Below, in pieces: positions 1-12,471 of a stretch of 64,000 nucleotides of DNA. The position numbers and the translations under genes are program-made. Every line of letters starts with the position of its first letter. The stretch's first letter is position 1. Origin of the DNA: Malacoraja senta (Eukaryota); the NCBI GenBank assembly GCA_038087875.1, contig CM075977.1, positions 30,442,001 through 30,506,000 on the forward strand. Direction: 5' to 3'. Below the pieces are notes generated by a model. It saw only the letters and a program-made list of their open reading frames with translations, was not told where the DNA came from and searched no databases.

Positions 1-175
1 GCTTTCTTCACTGCCTGCTGAACCTGCATGTTTACTTTCAGTGCATGGTGTACATGGACACCCAGGTCTCGTTGCACTTCCCTTTTTCCTAATCTGACAC
101 CATTGAGATAATAATCTGCCTCCTTGTTCTTGCCACCAAAGTGGATCACCTCACATTTATCTACATTACACTGCA
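1..175 (-). mobile_element. CR1 LINE RT fragment
   Basis: Reverse complement matches the CEVIHFG...QVQQAVKK region of the other CR1 copies in the window. Confidence 0.8.
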
Positions 176-429
176 CAACATGGTTAACATGAATTCCTTT
201 ATCTTCTGTACTCACCGCGCAAACTGGGTAGAGATAAGGTGGGGCCTGGGGGGATGTAGATAAGGGGTAGTATTTAAAAATCTGTATGTTTTGTATGGAG
301 CATCAGTGTTAGGACAGGAAGCATTTGCCCTAGGACGGTGTCTCTCAAGATGGTTAATTTTATAATAAAGAGAGTTTGTTCTGAATGTAAACCTTGTACA
401 CCATGTCATTTTTCTCCCCATATATACTT

Positions 430-1150
430 GCTATTTAAGTGTCTGTCTAAATGCTTCATAAACATGGGGATTGTGTCTCATTTGACCACCTCATCTAGCA
501 GTCATTACAGATATCGACCATTCCCTGTATGAAATAACTTTCTCCTCCGATCCCCTTCCTCTCACTTTAACTATATGCCCTTTTGTTTTTGATACTAGTA
601 CCATGGGAGAAAAGATTAGAACTAACCTCTATCTATATCATTTATAATCATATATACTACCATCATATCACCCCTCAGCCTCCTTTGTTCCAGCAAAAAC
701 AAACCCAATCTATCTAAATTCTCCTCATAACTAAAATACTCCAATCCAGGCAGCACCAGAACGATCTCCTGTGCACTCTCTAATTTGTAAATGTCCTCTA
801 AAACATCTAAGGCACATAATGTAATCCCCACAGACTGGAGAGTAGTAAGGGGTAATATATATTAGACCAGAAGGTATAGTTTCATGGTATGAGGTGCAAT
901 GTTTAAAGGAGATGTGCAGGGCAGGTTGTTCACACAGAGAGTGGTGTATGCCCGGAATGTGCTGCCAGGAGTGGTGATGGAGGCAGATATGATTGTGATG
1001 TGTAAGATGCTTATAGAAGGCACATAAATATGCATGGAATGGAGGGTTCATGAGCAGACAGATGGGATTAGTTTATCTTTGCAATATGTTCAACACAGAT
1101 ATTGCGTGCCGAAGAGCCTGTACTGTTCAGTTTTCTATGTTCTATGTAGT
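430..1150. mobile_element. Degraded CR1 3' fragments in both orientations
   Basis: ORF 622..831(-) reads SYEENLDRLGLFLLEQRRLRGD; 880-1148(+) resembles a CR1 3' end with a TTCTATG tail. Confidence 0.6.
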
Positions 1151-1859
1151 ATAACCTGTCTGATAAGTATTCAAATAAAATTAATGGAATGAAAATCAGA
1201 TGTGTTTTTTTAATTCATTCCACAGGATACTGACAAAGTGTAAAAGCTCAACACCATGCTTCAGAATTAAAGAGAATTTGAAAATATACAAAAAATAAAT
1301 TCAATTGCGTCAAAACGTTGATTCCTCTTTGAACAGGATGAAAAGAAAGTTTATGGAATTGAAATGCTTGTATGTAACACAATTTTGTTTCAATTACCAA
1401 TATTAACTAAATATTGACTAAAACATCCCCTCCTAAGATTGAGCAACTTTGAAATCTAGCATTGCACACATACATGGCCAATTCAGTCATCTCCAATTTG
1501 TTTAGTCAATGTTTCATATTTCAAACTTCAGCCAAGGAATGAGTGAGACAATGGCTCAGAAAAGTTCACAGCTAAACTTTTATTTTCTACAGTCTGAAGT
1601 CTCTTGAGATGAATCATGAAACTACCTTTACTTAACATGGTAATTTATACATTAACAACTGTAAATGTGACAAATTCTTGCCCATTTGGTGGAGTGTCAT
1701 TTCAAGGAACTGACAATTGAAATTTGTTGCTGCACATAAACAATTATAATGTTTTTTCTAATTATCTATTTCTCAATTGGTTTTAAATTTGAAGATGACA
1801 TTAAAGTGGGTGGTATCATAGATAGCGAAGATGATAATTAACAATTGCAACAGGATCTT

Positions 1860-2342
1860 GCTGTTGAGGGAGTGCAGCGTTGGTTCACCAGGTTAATTCC
1901 CGGGATGGCGGGACTAACATATGATGAAAGAATGGATAGACTGGGCTTATATTCACTGGAATTCAGAAGGTTGAGAGGGGATCTTATAGAAACATATAAC
2001 ATACTTAAGGGATTGGACAGGCTAGATGTGTGAAAAATGTCCGGTGAGTCCAGAACCAGTGGTCACAATTTAAGAATAAGGGTTGGGCCATTTAAGCCTG
2101 AGATGAGGAAAAACTTTGTCAGCTAGAGAGTTGTGAATCTGTGGAATTCTCTGCCACAGAAGGCAGTGGAGACCAATTCACTGAATGTTTTCAAGAGAGA
2201 GTTATATTTAGCAATATAGGAATATGGGGAGAAAGCAGGAACGGGGTACTGATTTTGGATGATCAGCCATGATCATATTGAATGGCAGTGCTGGCTCGAA
2301 GGCCAAATGACATATGTCTGCACCTATTTTCTATGTTTCTCT
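1860..2342 (+). mobile_element. CR1 LINE 3' end inserted in an older CR1 fragment (about 1790-2427)
   Basis: EGVQRWFTRLIPGMAGLTYDERMDRLGLYSLEFRRLRGD; TTTCTATG tail; GATCTT occurs on both sides. Confidence 0.8.
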
Positions 2343-2426
2343 GATCTTAATCAGTTGGGCAAGTGTGCTGAGGAATGGTTAATAGAGTTTAATGCAGGTA
2401 AGTGCGAGGAGTTGTATTTTGGGAAC

Positions 2427-4160
2427 TCATAGCATCCTCCTCACAGTTCACACTGCCACCCAGCTTTGTGTCATCTGCAAATTTGCTAATGTTACTTTGA
2501 ATCACTTTATCCAAATCATTGATGTATATTGTAAATAGCTGCGGTCCCAGCACCGAGCCTTGCGGTACTCCACTAGTCACTGCCTGCCATTCTGAAAGGG
2601 ACCCGTTAATCCCTACACTTTGTTTCCTGTCTGCCAACTGCTTCTCTATCCATGTCAGCACTCTAAATTCAATACCATGTGCCCTAATTTTGCCCACTAA
2701 TCTCCTATGTGGGACCTTATCAAATGCTTTCTGAAAGTCCAGGTACACTACATCCACTGGCTCTCATTTGTCCAATTTCCTAGTTACATCTTCAAAAAAT
2801 TCCAGAAGATTAGTCAAGCATGATTTTCCCTTCGTAAATCCATGCTGACTCGGACCGATCCTGTTACTGCTATCCAAATGTTCGGCTGTCTCATCTTTTA
2901 TAATTGACTCCAGCATCTTCCCCACCTAAATTGTCTATAATTCCCTGTTTTCTCTCTCCCGCCTTTCTTAAAAAGTGGGATAACATTAGCTACCCTCCAA
3001 TCCACAGGAACTGATCCTGAGTCTATAGAACATTGGAAAATTATCACCAATGCATCCACGATTTCTAGAGCAACTTCCTTAAGTACACTGGGATGCAGAC
3101 CATCAGCCTTCAGTCCTATCAGTCTATCCAACCATTTCCTGCCTAATGTGGATTTACTTCAGTTCCTCTGTCACCCCAGATCCTCTGGCCACTACTACAC
3201 CAGGAAGATTGTTTGTGTCCTCCTTAGTGAAGACAGATCCAAAGTACCTGTTCAACTCATCTGCCATTTCCTTGTTCCCCATAATAAATTCACCTTTTTC
3301 GGTCTTCAATGGTCCAACCTTGGTCTTAACTAATTTTTCCTCTTCACATACCTAAAGAAGCTTTTACTATCCTGCTTTATATTCTTGGCTAGCTTACTGT
3401 CGTACCTCATCTTTTCTCCCCCTATTGTCTTTTTAGTTATCTTCTGTTGTTCTTTAAACATTACCCAATCCTCTTGCATCCCGCTCATCTTTGCTACGTT
3501 GTACTTCTTCGCTTTAATTTTTATACAGTTATGGCTCTGTCCCACGGGTTTGCGGTCATTGGCGGTGAAGCGCGGCATCGCCGGAAGAGGGGACCGCACG
3601 GCAACCACGAGAGCGCCGCACGGATGCTGCGCGGGGGGCCAAGTACGGCCGGTTCCACGAGCTTGCGGTTTCGGCTGATGACGTCTTTCGGATCGCGGGG
3701 CTGTGGCGGCGGCCGTGCCGCACACGTACCTCACTGGCGGAGGCTGTGGCGGTGCAGGTTCGACTCATGGCGCTTGTGCCTCTGGCGGCGGCTGTGGCGG
3801 TGAGCGTGCCGCACTCGTGCCTCACTGGCGGCGGCTGTGCAGTAGGAACATATTTTTGGACAGTGTTGGTTTTTTTTAGCACCGTGCGATGTTGGGAACA
3901 ACGCCGCACGGCCCTGGCACTGTGCGTTTGACCGAGCCCGCGGTCTCTGGCGGCCCAGGAGCGGTAGATAGTTCCTGTTTCGCCGCCAATGACCACAGAC
4001 TCGTGAGACAGGCCTTTAACTCTGCCTCGTCAGTCCATATGTCTTCCCTCGCAAGCGACTGAATTCCATCCCTCACCAGCAGAGCTACCCCCCCTCTGCC
4101 CACCTGCCTGTCCTTTCTATAGGATGTATAACCCTGAATATTAAGTTCCCAGGCCCGACC
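2427..4160 (-). mobile_element. CR1 LINE ORF2 fragment (EN start to RT) with deletions, interrupted by a MITE
   Basis: ORFs contain [39 protein letters not shown] and WELNIQGY. Confidence 0.9.
3532..4016. mobile_element. PIF/Harbinger-type MITE
   Basis: Imperfect ~38 bp TIRs (CTGTCCCACGGGTTTGCGGTCATTGGCGG / CCGCCAATGACCACAGACTCGTGAGACAG); TWA flanks; CpG-rich non-coding interior. Confidence 0.75.
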
Positions 4161-4392
4161 TTCCTGCAGCTTGTGAAAATCCACGAGAGTGAGAAAGATG
4201 AAAAAGAACTGTTGCTACCAAATCACAAGAGATAATCAACGTATCATGGGAACATATAAATTACATTCAGGGTCAGGTGGCCAGTTTAAAAAACACTTAA
4301 TTTTCCTTCAATTGAAATCAATGAAGAGTAAAAGCAGGTAATTTATAAACTGGGTGCCCAACCTGTAAGAATAACAATTGGTATTTCTAAGT

Positions 4393-4497
4393 TTAAGAAG
4401 GAACTGCAGATACTGGAATATCAAAGGTGGAAAATGCTGGAGAAACTCAGCGGGTGAGGCAGCATCTATGGAGCGAAGGAAATAAGTGACGTTTCGG
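4393..4497 (-). mobile_element. Short Penelope-like (PLE) 3'-tail element
   Basis: Matches the sequence that follows the GIY-YIG ORF at 13225-13352. Confidence 0.7.
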
Positions 4498-5669
4498 GAG
4501 GTATTTTTAATGGTGCAAAAAATCAGGTGGTTTTTCAATTGATTTATGACAAAATAAGGCAGATAGCATAAGGAGATAGCTAAAAATGTGAATTAAACAC
4601 TCTTTTAAGGAGCACCTTAAAAAGTATAACTTAGTAGTGAAGCCAAGAGGTTCAAAGAGGTAGTTCTAGAGACGACGGCTTGGTAGTTCACAAACAGGGA
4701 AGATAATAATCAAGCGTATTTCACTCAGGTAGCAAATTGGACATTATATCAGAGGCATGCAGAAGTGAAGGGTTTATATTTGGCAAACACCACCATACAG
4801 ACAAATGACATCATTTTCTGGCTCCATACAGTACTAAGATTAGAAGGAAAACCTTGAAAGCTCTTGAAATCACAGAATTAAAAAAAAAAAACATGCAAAA
4901 GAAGGTAAAAATTAATCTGACCATTTGGGCAAATTGAGATTGAAACCCATATTTTCCAATGACTCTCGTTTGATTATCTAAACAACCTTATCATGGTGGG
5001 GAATTGCTAAGGAAATGCTTGTGTAGGCGAAGTATTGCTTGTAATCAACAGTTGCTCTATTCAGCTTGAATCTGTGGGTGTGTCTGTGCAACCATTTCCC
5101 ATTATTTTAGCATAAGGAACATCAATTTGGACTGGAAGTTTTTGTTCCTAAATAATGATACGTCAGAGACCATGTAAAGGGTCCAATCAAAGATATCAAT
5201 TAAATGTGCTTTTATCCATTTCCCCTTTTTATTTTATGTTATTTTTGCTGTACTGTCATTCATCATTGCTTCGCTCATGCCTCATGGATTCTACTGTGAA
5301 TGCCCAGCTGACTTAATGGGGTAAAAAGGAGATCCAGGGAGTTCAGGCAGCCAAGACATGTTCTGTGATCACTTGCTTGTAGCTGTACAGTCACAGCCGT
5401 AGAGGGAACATTCCTTATTTTTGTGTACAGTGCATGTGAAGGACCCTGCAGCACAGTCGTAGACTCAGACGACACAGAAATAGGCCCAAAATTATCAATG
5501 ATGACCAAGATGCTCTTTTAAGCTAGTCCCATTTGCCCACTTTTGGCCCATTTCCCTATATTCAAAATACTCTACGAGATCCATGGACATGATTTCCCAG
5601 GCGGACTCTCCCTAATCAGTCCTGGTCTATCGAATTGCTGGTAGATCCCATCCCTCAGAATCTCCACCA

Positions 5670-6160
5670 GTTCTCTGCCTTGTCCTTTCTGCCTTTCTTG
5701 AATAACGGTACAACATTAGCTCCCCTCCAGTCTTCCAGAACTTTACCTGTCACTAAAGATTAAGCTACTATGACTGCAAGGGCTTCCGCAAGTTCTCCGC
5801 TAGCCTCCCTCATGGTCCAAGGATACGCTTGGTCAAGCCCTGGTAATTTATCCACTATAATGTGCTTTGAGACCATCCACATCTCCTCTTTGGTAATCTG
5901 TGTGTGCTCCAAGATATCGCAACTCATTTGCCTCAATTCCTTAGCTTCCATGATCTTCTCCACAGTAAAAACAGACGAGTGATATTCCTTAAAAATCTCA
6001 CCTATTTCCTGTGGCTTCCAACATAAACGGCTATGCTGATCTTTAAGAAGACCAATTTTCCCACCAGCCACCTTTTAATCTTAATATACCTATTGAATCT
6101 CTTGGGATATACCTTTATCTTGCCTAGATACATCTCATGACCTCGTTTTGCCCTCCAGAA
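5670..6160 (-). mobile_element. Old CR1 ORF2 fragment
   Basis: ORF 5760..6071 reads SVFTVE...DKLPGLDQAYPWTMREASGELAEAL (RT N-terminal region). Confidence 0.7.
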
Positions 6161-6685
6161 CATCCCCAGACTCTAAAGGCAATTAACATACATCAATGTC
6201 ACAAACCAGTTGACTAATTCCTGGGATGATGGATTGTGCCATCATAAATGGCTAACAAGGTCAGATCCCTGTTCTTTGGAGTTTAGAAGAATGAAGGATG
6301 ATCTGGTTAAAACATATAGGATCTTAAGGGGATGTGACGAAGTAGATGCTGAGATGATTCTCAGATAAAGGGACCTAGTTACAAGATGAAGGGCTGGGTA
6401 CATAAAAATGAGGTGAGTAGGATTTTTTCTTGCAGAGGATGGTGAACCCTCTCCAACATCTACAGATGTGCCATAGAAAACACCTTATCGGGATACGTCA
6501 CAGCCTGCTTTGGGAACAGCTCCATCCAAGAATGCCAGAAATTGCAGATAGTTGTAGACGTAGCCCAGACCAGCACACAAACATGCCTCCCTTCCATTGA
6601 CTCCATCTGCACTTCATGCTGCCTTGGCCAGGCCACCAGAATAATCATTTAGGACTGAGATGAGGAAAAACGTTTTCACGCAGAG

Positions 6686-7901
6686 AAACATAGAAACATA
6701 GAAACATAGAAAATAGGTGCAGGAGTAGGCCATTCGGCCCTTCGAGCCTGCACCGCCATTCAATATGATCATGGCTGATCATCCAACTCAGTATCCTGTA
6801 CCTGCCGTCTCTCCATACCCCCTGATCCCTTTAGCCACAAGGGCCACATCTAACTCCCTCTTAAATATAGCTAATGAACTGGCCTCAACTACCTTCTGTG
6901 GCAGAGAATTCCAGAGATTCACCACTCTCTGTGTAAAAAATGATTTTCTCACCTCGGTCCTAAAAGACTTCCCCCTTATCCTTAAACTGTAACCCCTTGT
7001 TCTGGACTTCCCCAATATCGGGAATAATCTTCCTGCATCTAGCCTGTCCAACCCCTTAAGAATTTTGTAAGTTTCTATAAGATCCCCCCTCAATCTTCTA
7101 AATTCTAGCGAGTACAAGCCGAGTCTATCCAGTCTTTCTTCAGATTCAGATTCAACTTTATTCAGATTCAGATTCAACTTTATTGTCATTGTGCAGTGTA
7201 CAGTACAGAGACAACGAAATGCAGTTAGCATCTCCCTAGAAGAGCGACATAAATATGAGCAGTAAATAAATAAATCTAATAAATCCTGGTGGGAGGAGTG
7301 TCCGGGGGGGGGGGGGGGGGTGTGATTGGCAGTCACCGAGGTACAGTGTTGAGTAGTGTAACCGCCGCAGGGAAGAAGCTGTTCCTGGACCTGCTGGTCC
7401 GGCAACGGAGAGACCTGTAGCGCCTCCCGGATGGTAGGAGGGTAAACAGTCTGTGGTTGGGGTGAGAGCAGTCCTTGGCGATGCTGAGCGCCCTTCGCAG
7501 ACAACGCTTGCTTTGGACAGACTCAATGGTGGGGAGTGAGGAACCGGTGATGCGTTGGGCAGTTTTCACCACCCTCTGCAGTGCTTTCCGGTCGGAGACA
7601 GAGCAGTTGCCATACCATACTGTGATGCAGTTGGTAAGGATGCTCTCGATGGTGCAGCGGTAGAAGTTCACCAGAATCCGAGGAGACAGATGGACCTTCT
7701 TTAGTCTCCTCAGGAAGAAGAGACGCTGGTGAGCCTTCTTGACCAGAGTTGAGGTATTGTTGGTCCAAGAGAGGTCATCGGAGATGTTGACCCCCAGGAA
7801 CCTGAAGCTGGAAACACGTTCCACCTCCCTCCCGTTAATGTGGATGGGGGTGTGCATGCCGCCCCTAGACTTCATATGAAAGTCCTGCCATCCCAGGAAT
7901 C
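6686..7901 (-). mobile_element. CR1 3' end (arms 6686-7142 and 7870-7901)
   Basis: EERLDRLGLYSLEFRRLRGD...GYGETAGTGY; (AACATAGA)n tail; split by a Rex1 insertion. Confidence 0.9.
7143..7869 (-). mobile_element. Rex1/Babar-type LINE, 5'-truncated, young
   Basis: ORF 7333..7875 has FRFLGVNISDDLSW...QRLFFLRRL...FYRCTIESILTNCITVWYG (DUF1891-type C-terminus); AATAAA plus (TGAATC)n tail; TSD CTTCA (7138-7142 / 7870-7874). Confidence 0.9.
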
Positions 7902-8676
7902 AGTCTGTGAATCTGTGGAATTCTTTGCCACAGAAGGCAGTGGAGGCCAATTCACTGTATGTTTTCAACAGAGAGTTACATTTAGCTCTTAGGGCCTTGA
8001 TCCCCTTAAAGGGATATTGGGAAAGAGCCGGAACGGGGTACTGATTTTAGATGATCAGCCATGATCATATTGAATAGTGGTACTGGTTCGAAGGGCCGAA
8101 TGGCCTACTCCTGCAACTATTTTCTATGTTTCCATGTTTCTATGTTTCTATGTTTCAATCAAGGACAAGTCTCATCCCAATCACTGACTTCGCTCCTCAC
8201 CCATCAGGCAGGTACAATGGTTTGTAAACACATACCTCCAGATTCATTCATATTTTCTTCCCAACTATTACGAGGCAACTGAACTGACCTCTCATCAGCT
8301 AGAGTGTGAACTTCACCTCCCATCTACCTCATTTAAGACCTTTGAACTATCTTTAATCAGACTTTATCAGACTTCAATGTTATATTTTGTACTGATTGTT
8401 GTATCCTTTATCCTTTATCTGTGCACTGTGGATGGCTTGATTGTATTCATGTATACTCTTTTCTCTGACTGGATAGCATGCAAACAAAAGCTTTTCACTG
8501 TACCTGGGTACATGTGGCAATAGTAAACTAAACTCTAAAAATAAGAAGACTGTGAAGGTTGGATCACTGGAGACATTTAAAGAGAAAGTTGATAAATAAG
8601 ATCAGCAAAGTGGGGATGAGGGGAAACTGGCACAGAAGAGGGGAAGATCAGCTATAAAGGTATGGAATGGCAGGAA

Positions 8677-9147
8677 GATAGACACAAATTGCTGAAGTAA
8701 CTCAGTGGGTCCGGCAACATCTCTGGCAAAAAAAATGATGTTTTGGGTCAGGACCCTTCTTCAGACTGAAAGTAGGGGCTGGGAGGGTTGTGTGAAAAGC
8801 TGAAGGCAAGAATAGACGAATCAAAGCCGGCCACAAATGACCTCAGGCAGCGTGGTGCCTGATAAGCTCATTGTTGGCTAGGTGAAGGTTTGATCTCAAG
8901 AGGGAAACAATGTGGTGAACTGTGGAAATGGTAAACATGACTAGGGTGGAGGAAGGGGGCAATGGGGGAGGATGGAGGTGAGGGGAGTGTAAGGAGAAGT
9001 TACTTAAAATTGGAGAATTCAATGCTCTTTTCGCTGGGTTGTAAGCTACCCCAGCAAAATGTGAGGTCCTGTTCCTCCAATGTGTGTGCAGACTCAGTCT
9101 GACAATGGTGCAGGCCCAGGATTTGCATCTGCAGTTCCTTGTTTCTA
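8677..9147 (-). mobile_element. Penelope-like element 3' end (GIY-YIG C-terminus plus tail) with an inverted tail piece
   Basis: ORF 9000..9188 ends LEEQDLTFCWGSLQP..IEFSNFK, homologous to 12933..13133. Confidence 0.75.
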
Positions 9148-9465
9148 AAGGATAGCAGGTCAGGCTCGGTGGCCCTTCCCTGCTCCAATTTTCTTATGTT
9201 CCCTGTGTTCTACCATTTGGCAATATAACGTTAGCCAGGACAATCAAGAGCCATTGTTGCTTTTGGCTGCTTGTTGATCATCACTGTCTGTCTGACCCAT
9301 CAACGAGTGATGGCCAGGAGGAAACACCTTCTCAGGTTCACGATCAGCAGGCAGTGAGACACAGTTTTGCTGGAAGTATTTTGCAGCCCCCACAAAACAC
9401 GGTGCTGCCATATTCAATAACGTCAGCTATAAATGTTATCTAAACCTTGGCCCGTTTGTGTCTCA

Positions 9466-11305
9466 TAGATACATAGATACATAGAAATTAGGTGCAGGAG
9501 TAGGCCATTCGGCCCTTCGAGCCTGCACCGCCATTCAATACGATCATGGCTGATCATCCAACTCAGTATCCCGTACCTGCCTTCTCTCCATACCCCCTGA
9601 TCCCTTTAGCCACAAGGGCCACATCTAATTCCCTCTTAAATATAGCGAATGAACTGGCCTCAACTACCCTCTGTGGCAGAGAGTTCCAGAGATTCACCAC
9701 TCTCTGTGTGAAAAAGTTTTTCCTCATCTCGGTCTTAAAGGATTTTCCCCTTATCCTTAAGCTGTGACCCCTTGTCCTGGACTTCCCCAACATCGGGAAC
9801 AATCTTCCTGCATCTAGCCTGTCCAACCCCATAAGAATCTTGTACGTTTCTATAAGATCCCCTCTCAATCTCCTAAATTCTAGCGAGTATAAGCCAAGTC
9901 TATCCAGTCTTTCTTCATATGAAAGTCCTGACATCCCAGGAATCAGTCTGGTGAACCTTCTCTGCACTCCCTCTATGGCTATAATGTCCTTCCTCAGATT
10001 TGGAGACCAAAACTGTACGCAATACTCCAGGTGTGGTCTCACCACAACCCTGTACAACTGCAGTAGAACCTCACTGCTCCTATACTCAAATCCTCTTGCT
10101 ATGAAGGCCAACATACCATTCGCTTTCTTCACTGCCTGCTGCACCTGCATGCCTACTTTCAATGACTGGTGTACCATGACACCCAGGTCTCGCTGCATCT
10201 CCCCATTTCCTAATCGGCCACCATTTAGATAATAGTCTGCCTTCCCGTTTTTGCTACCAAAGTGGATAACCTCACATTTATCCACATTATACTGCATCTG
10301 CCAAACATTTGCCCACTCACCCAGCCTATCCAAGTCACCTTGCAGTCTCCTAGCATCCTCCTCACAGCTAACACTGCCCCCCAGCTTAGTGTCATCCGCA
10401 AACTTGGAGATGTTGCTTTCAATTCCCTCGTCCAGATCATTAATATAAATTGTAAATAGCTGGGGTCCCAGCACTGAGCCTTGTGGTACCCCACTAGTCA
10501 CTGCCTGCCATTGTGAAAAGGACCCGTTTACTCCTACTCTTTGCTTCCTGTTTGCCAGCCAGTTCTCTATCCACATCAATACTGAACCCCCAATACCGTG
10601 TGATTTAAGTTTGTATCCTAATCTCTTATGTGGTACCTTGTCGAAAGCCTTCTGAAAGTCCAGATACAACACATCCACTGGTTCTCCCCTATCCACTCTA
10701 CTAGTTACATCCTCGAAAAATTCTATAAGATTCGTCAGACACGATTTACCTTTCGTAAATCCATGCTGACTTTGTCCAATGATTTCACCACTTTCCAAAT
10801 GTGCTGCTATCCCATCTTTAATAACTGACTCTAGCAGTTTCCCCACTACCGATGTTAGACTAACTGGTCTGTAATTCCCCGTTTTCTCTCTCCCTCCCTT
10901 CTTAAAAAGTGGGGTTACGTTTGCTACCCTCCAATCCTCAGGAACTACTCCAGAATCTAAAGAGTTTTGAAAAATTATCACTAATGCATCCACTATTTCT
11001 GGAGCTACTTCCTTAAGTACTCTGGGATGCAGCCTATCTGGCCCTGGTGATTTATCGGCCTTTAATCCATTCAATTTACCCAACACCACTTCCCGACTAA
11101 CCTGGATTTCACTCAGTTCCTCCATCTCCTTTGACCCGCGGCCCCCTGCTATTTCCGGCAGATTATTTATGTCTTCCTTAGTGAAGACGGAACCAAAGTA
11201 GTTATTCAATTGGTCTGCCATATCCTTGTTCCCCATGATCAATTCACCTGTTTCTGACTGCAAGGGACCTACATTTGATTTAACTAATCTCTTTCTCTTC
11301 ACATG
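9466..11305 (-). mobile_element. Young 5'-truncated CR1 LINE
   Basis: (TATCTATG)n tail, 3' hairpin, uninterrupted RT frame. Confidence 0.95.
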
Positions 11306-11311
11306 GATCAT
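9563..11311 (-). CDS. CR1 ORF2 reverse transcriptase, N-terminally truncated (no endonuclease)
   Basis: 582 aa open frame with [31 protein letters not shown] and RPHLEYC. Confidence 0.9.
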   Translation of the reverse strand: MIHVKRKRLVKSNVGPLQSETGELIMGNKDMADQLNNYFGSVFTKEDINNLPEIAGGRGSKEMEELSEIQVSREVVLGKLNGLKADKSPGPDRLHPRVLKEVAPEIVDALVIIFQNSLDSGVVPEDWRVANVTPLFKKGGREKTGNYRPVSLTSVVGKLLESVIKDGIAAHLESGEIIGQSQHGFTKGKSCLTNLIEFFEDVTSRVDRGEPVDVLYLDFQKAFDKVPHKRLGYKLKSHGIGGSVLMWIENWLANRKQRVGVNGSFSQWQAVTSGVPQGSVLGPQLFTIYINDLDEGIESNISKFADDTKLGGSVSCEEDARRLQGDLDRLGEWANVWQMQYNVDKCEVIHFGSKNGKADYYLNGGRLGNGEMQRDLGVMVHQSLKVGMQVQQAVKKANGMLAFIARGFEYRSSEVLLQLYRVVVRPHLEYCVQFWSPNLRKDIIAIEGVQRRFTRLIPGMSGLSYEERLDRLGLYSLEFRRLRGDLIETYKILMGLDRLDAGRLFPMLGKSRTRGHSLRIRGKSFKTEMRKNFFTQRVVNLWNSLPQRVVEASSFAIFKRELDVALVAKGIRGYGEKAGTGY

Positions 11312-11339
11312 CCTCGCTCAACTATTTAATCATAGAGAG

Positions 11340-11697
11340 AAGCATAGAGAGATACAGCATGGAAACAAGCTCCTCAGCTCAAGAAATCTACCCTGAGTAT
11401 CAATCACCCATTTACACCAATCTTACATTAATCCCATTTCATTCACCCCACATTCTCACCAACTTTCTGTTGATTCCACCAATCACCTACACAATAGGGG
11501 CAATTTTTAGTGGCCAATTAAGCCATCAACCCATATGACTTTGAGATGTGGAAAGAAACCGAAGTGGCGGAAGAAACCAGCTTAGTCATAGGGAGAACAT
11601 GCAAACTCCATAGAGACAGTGCCTGAGGTCAGGATTGAACCCAGATCTCTAGCTATGTAAGAAACCAGCTCTCCAAGCTGCGTCACTGTATCGCCGA
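11340..11697 (-). mobile_element. tRNA-headed V-SINE (HE1-like), diverged
   Basis: Reverse complement has B-box GGGTTCAATCC and V-domain-like GGAGTTTGCATGTTCTCCC. Confidence 0.7.
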
Positions 11698-11749
11698 TGG
11701 TCTAGAGACCATTAAATATGGCACTGAATCCTGATATGCTGTTCTCAAT

Positions 11750-12012
11750 ATTTAGTTTAGTTCAGTGATTATAGTGTGCAAATAGGCACTTTGATTCACT
11801 GAGTCCGCACCAACCAGCGGTCACCGTATACTAGTTCTATCCAATGCACTAGGGATAATTTACAGAAGCCAATTAACAAACAAGCATGCGTGTCTTTTGA
11901 ATGTGGGAGGAAAGCGGAGCACCCGGAGAAAACCCACATGGTCGAAGGGAGAACGTATAACTCCGTACAGACGGTAAATCTCCGCAAATCTACTGTTGCG
12001 CCACTGTGCCGC
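11750..12012 (-). mobile_element. V-SINE (HE1-like) with internal deletion
   Basis: V-domain GTGGGTTTTCTCCGGGTGCTCCGCTTTCCTCCCACA; (CTAAA)n tail. Confidence 0.75.
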
Positions 12013-12376
12013 TCTTTTGCACCTTCTCCTGCATCTGTGTGCATTTTTCCTTCAAAGAGCTTCTAATGGGTTTGAAATTAAGTTTGTCCCTCTGTGAAAT
12101 TACTCTGTTTCTTCATTTTGACATCCTTGCTTAATTGTTCCCCATCCCTTTAAATTGATTTGTATGGTACTTGCCCTCTCATCATATGAGTCTGCACATG
12201 TGTATCTGCTAATAAACTCACTTTATACACGCATTTGACATGTCATAAATTAAATCAGAAGACCTCATCAAAACATAAAAGCATAAAGATGCTGGAAATT
12301 TGAAACATGCAGAAATACAATGGATCAGGCAGCATTTATGGAGAGAGCAAACATATACCCAGTTCATCTGTGGGAC

Positions 12377-12471
12377 GGTACACAAAAATGCTGGAGAAAC
12401 TCAGCGGGTGCAGCAGCATCTATGGAGCGAAGGAAATAAGTAACGTTTCGGGCCGAAACCCTTCTTCAGAC
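12377..12471 (-). mobile_element. PLE-tail element with hammerhead-like motif
   Basis: Reverse complement reads GT-CTGAAGA-A-GGGT-TTCG-GCCC-GAAAC-GTT. Confidence 0.75.

Larger units (their letters stand above)
6648..8156 (+). mobile_element. CR1 3' end (arms about 6648-6685 and 7902-8156)
   Basis: FRTEMRKNVFTQR joins to VNLWNSLPQKAVEA; TTTCTATG tail; TSD AATCA. Confidence 0.8.
6450..8540 (+). mobile_element. Degraded Rex1/Babar-type LINE 3' end (arms 6450-6647 and 8157-8540)
   Basis: Frame YRCAIENTLSGYVTACFGNS...KLQIVVDVAQ; split by an insertion with TSD AATCA (6643-6647 / 8157-8161). Confidence 0.65.
6205..8675 (+). mobile_element. Old CR1 3' fragment, outermost layer of a nested stack (arms about 6205-6449 and 8540-8675)
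   Basis: Degenerate RLIPGM...SLEFRRMKDDL...QRMVN sequence resumes after 8540. Confidence 0.6.

Noticed and set aside
212-421. Minus-strand ORF ending at a donor-like GCG|GTGAGT
   Set aside because: No recognisable product and no linked exons; it cannot be supported as a gene.
9546-10828. Many short ORFs antisense to CR1 RT (also near 15919, 22277, 24322, 60606, 62371)
   Set aside because: They are shadow frames of LINE coding sequence and recur identically in each copy.
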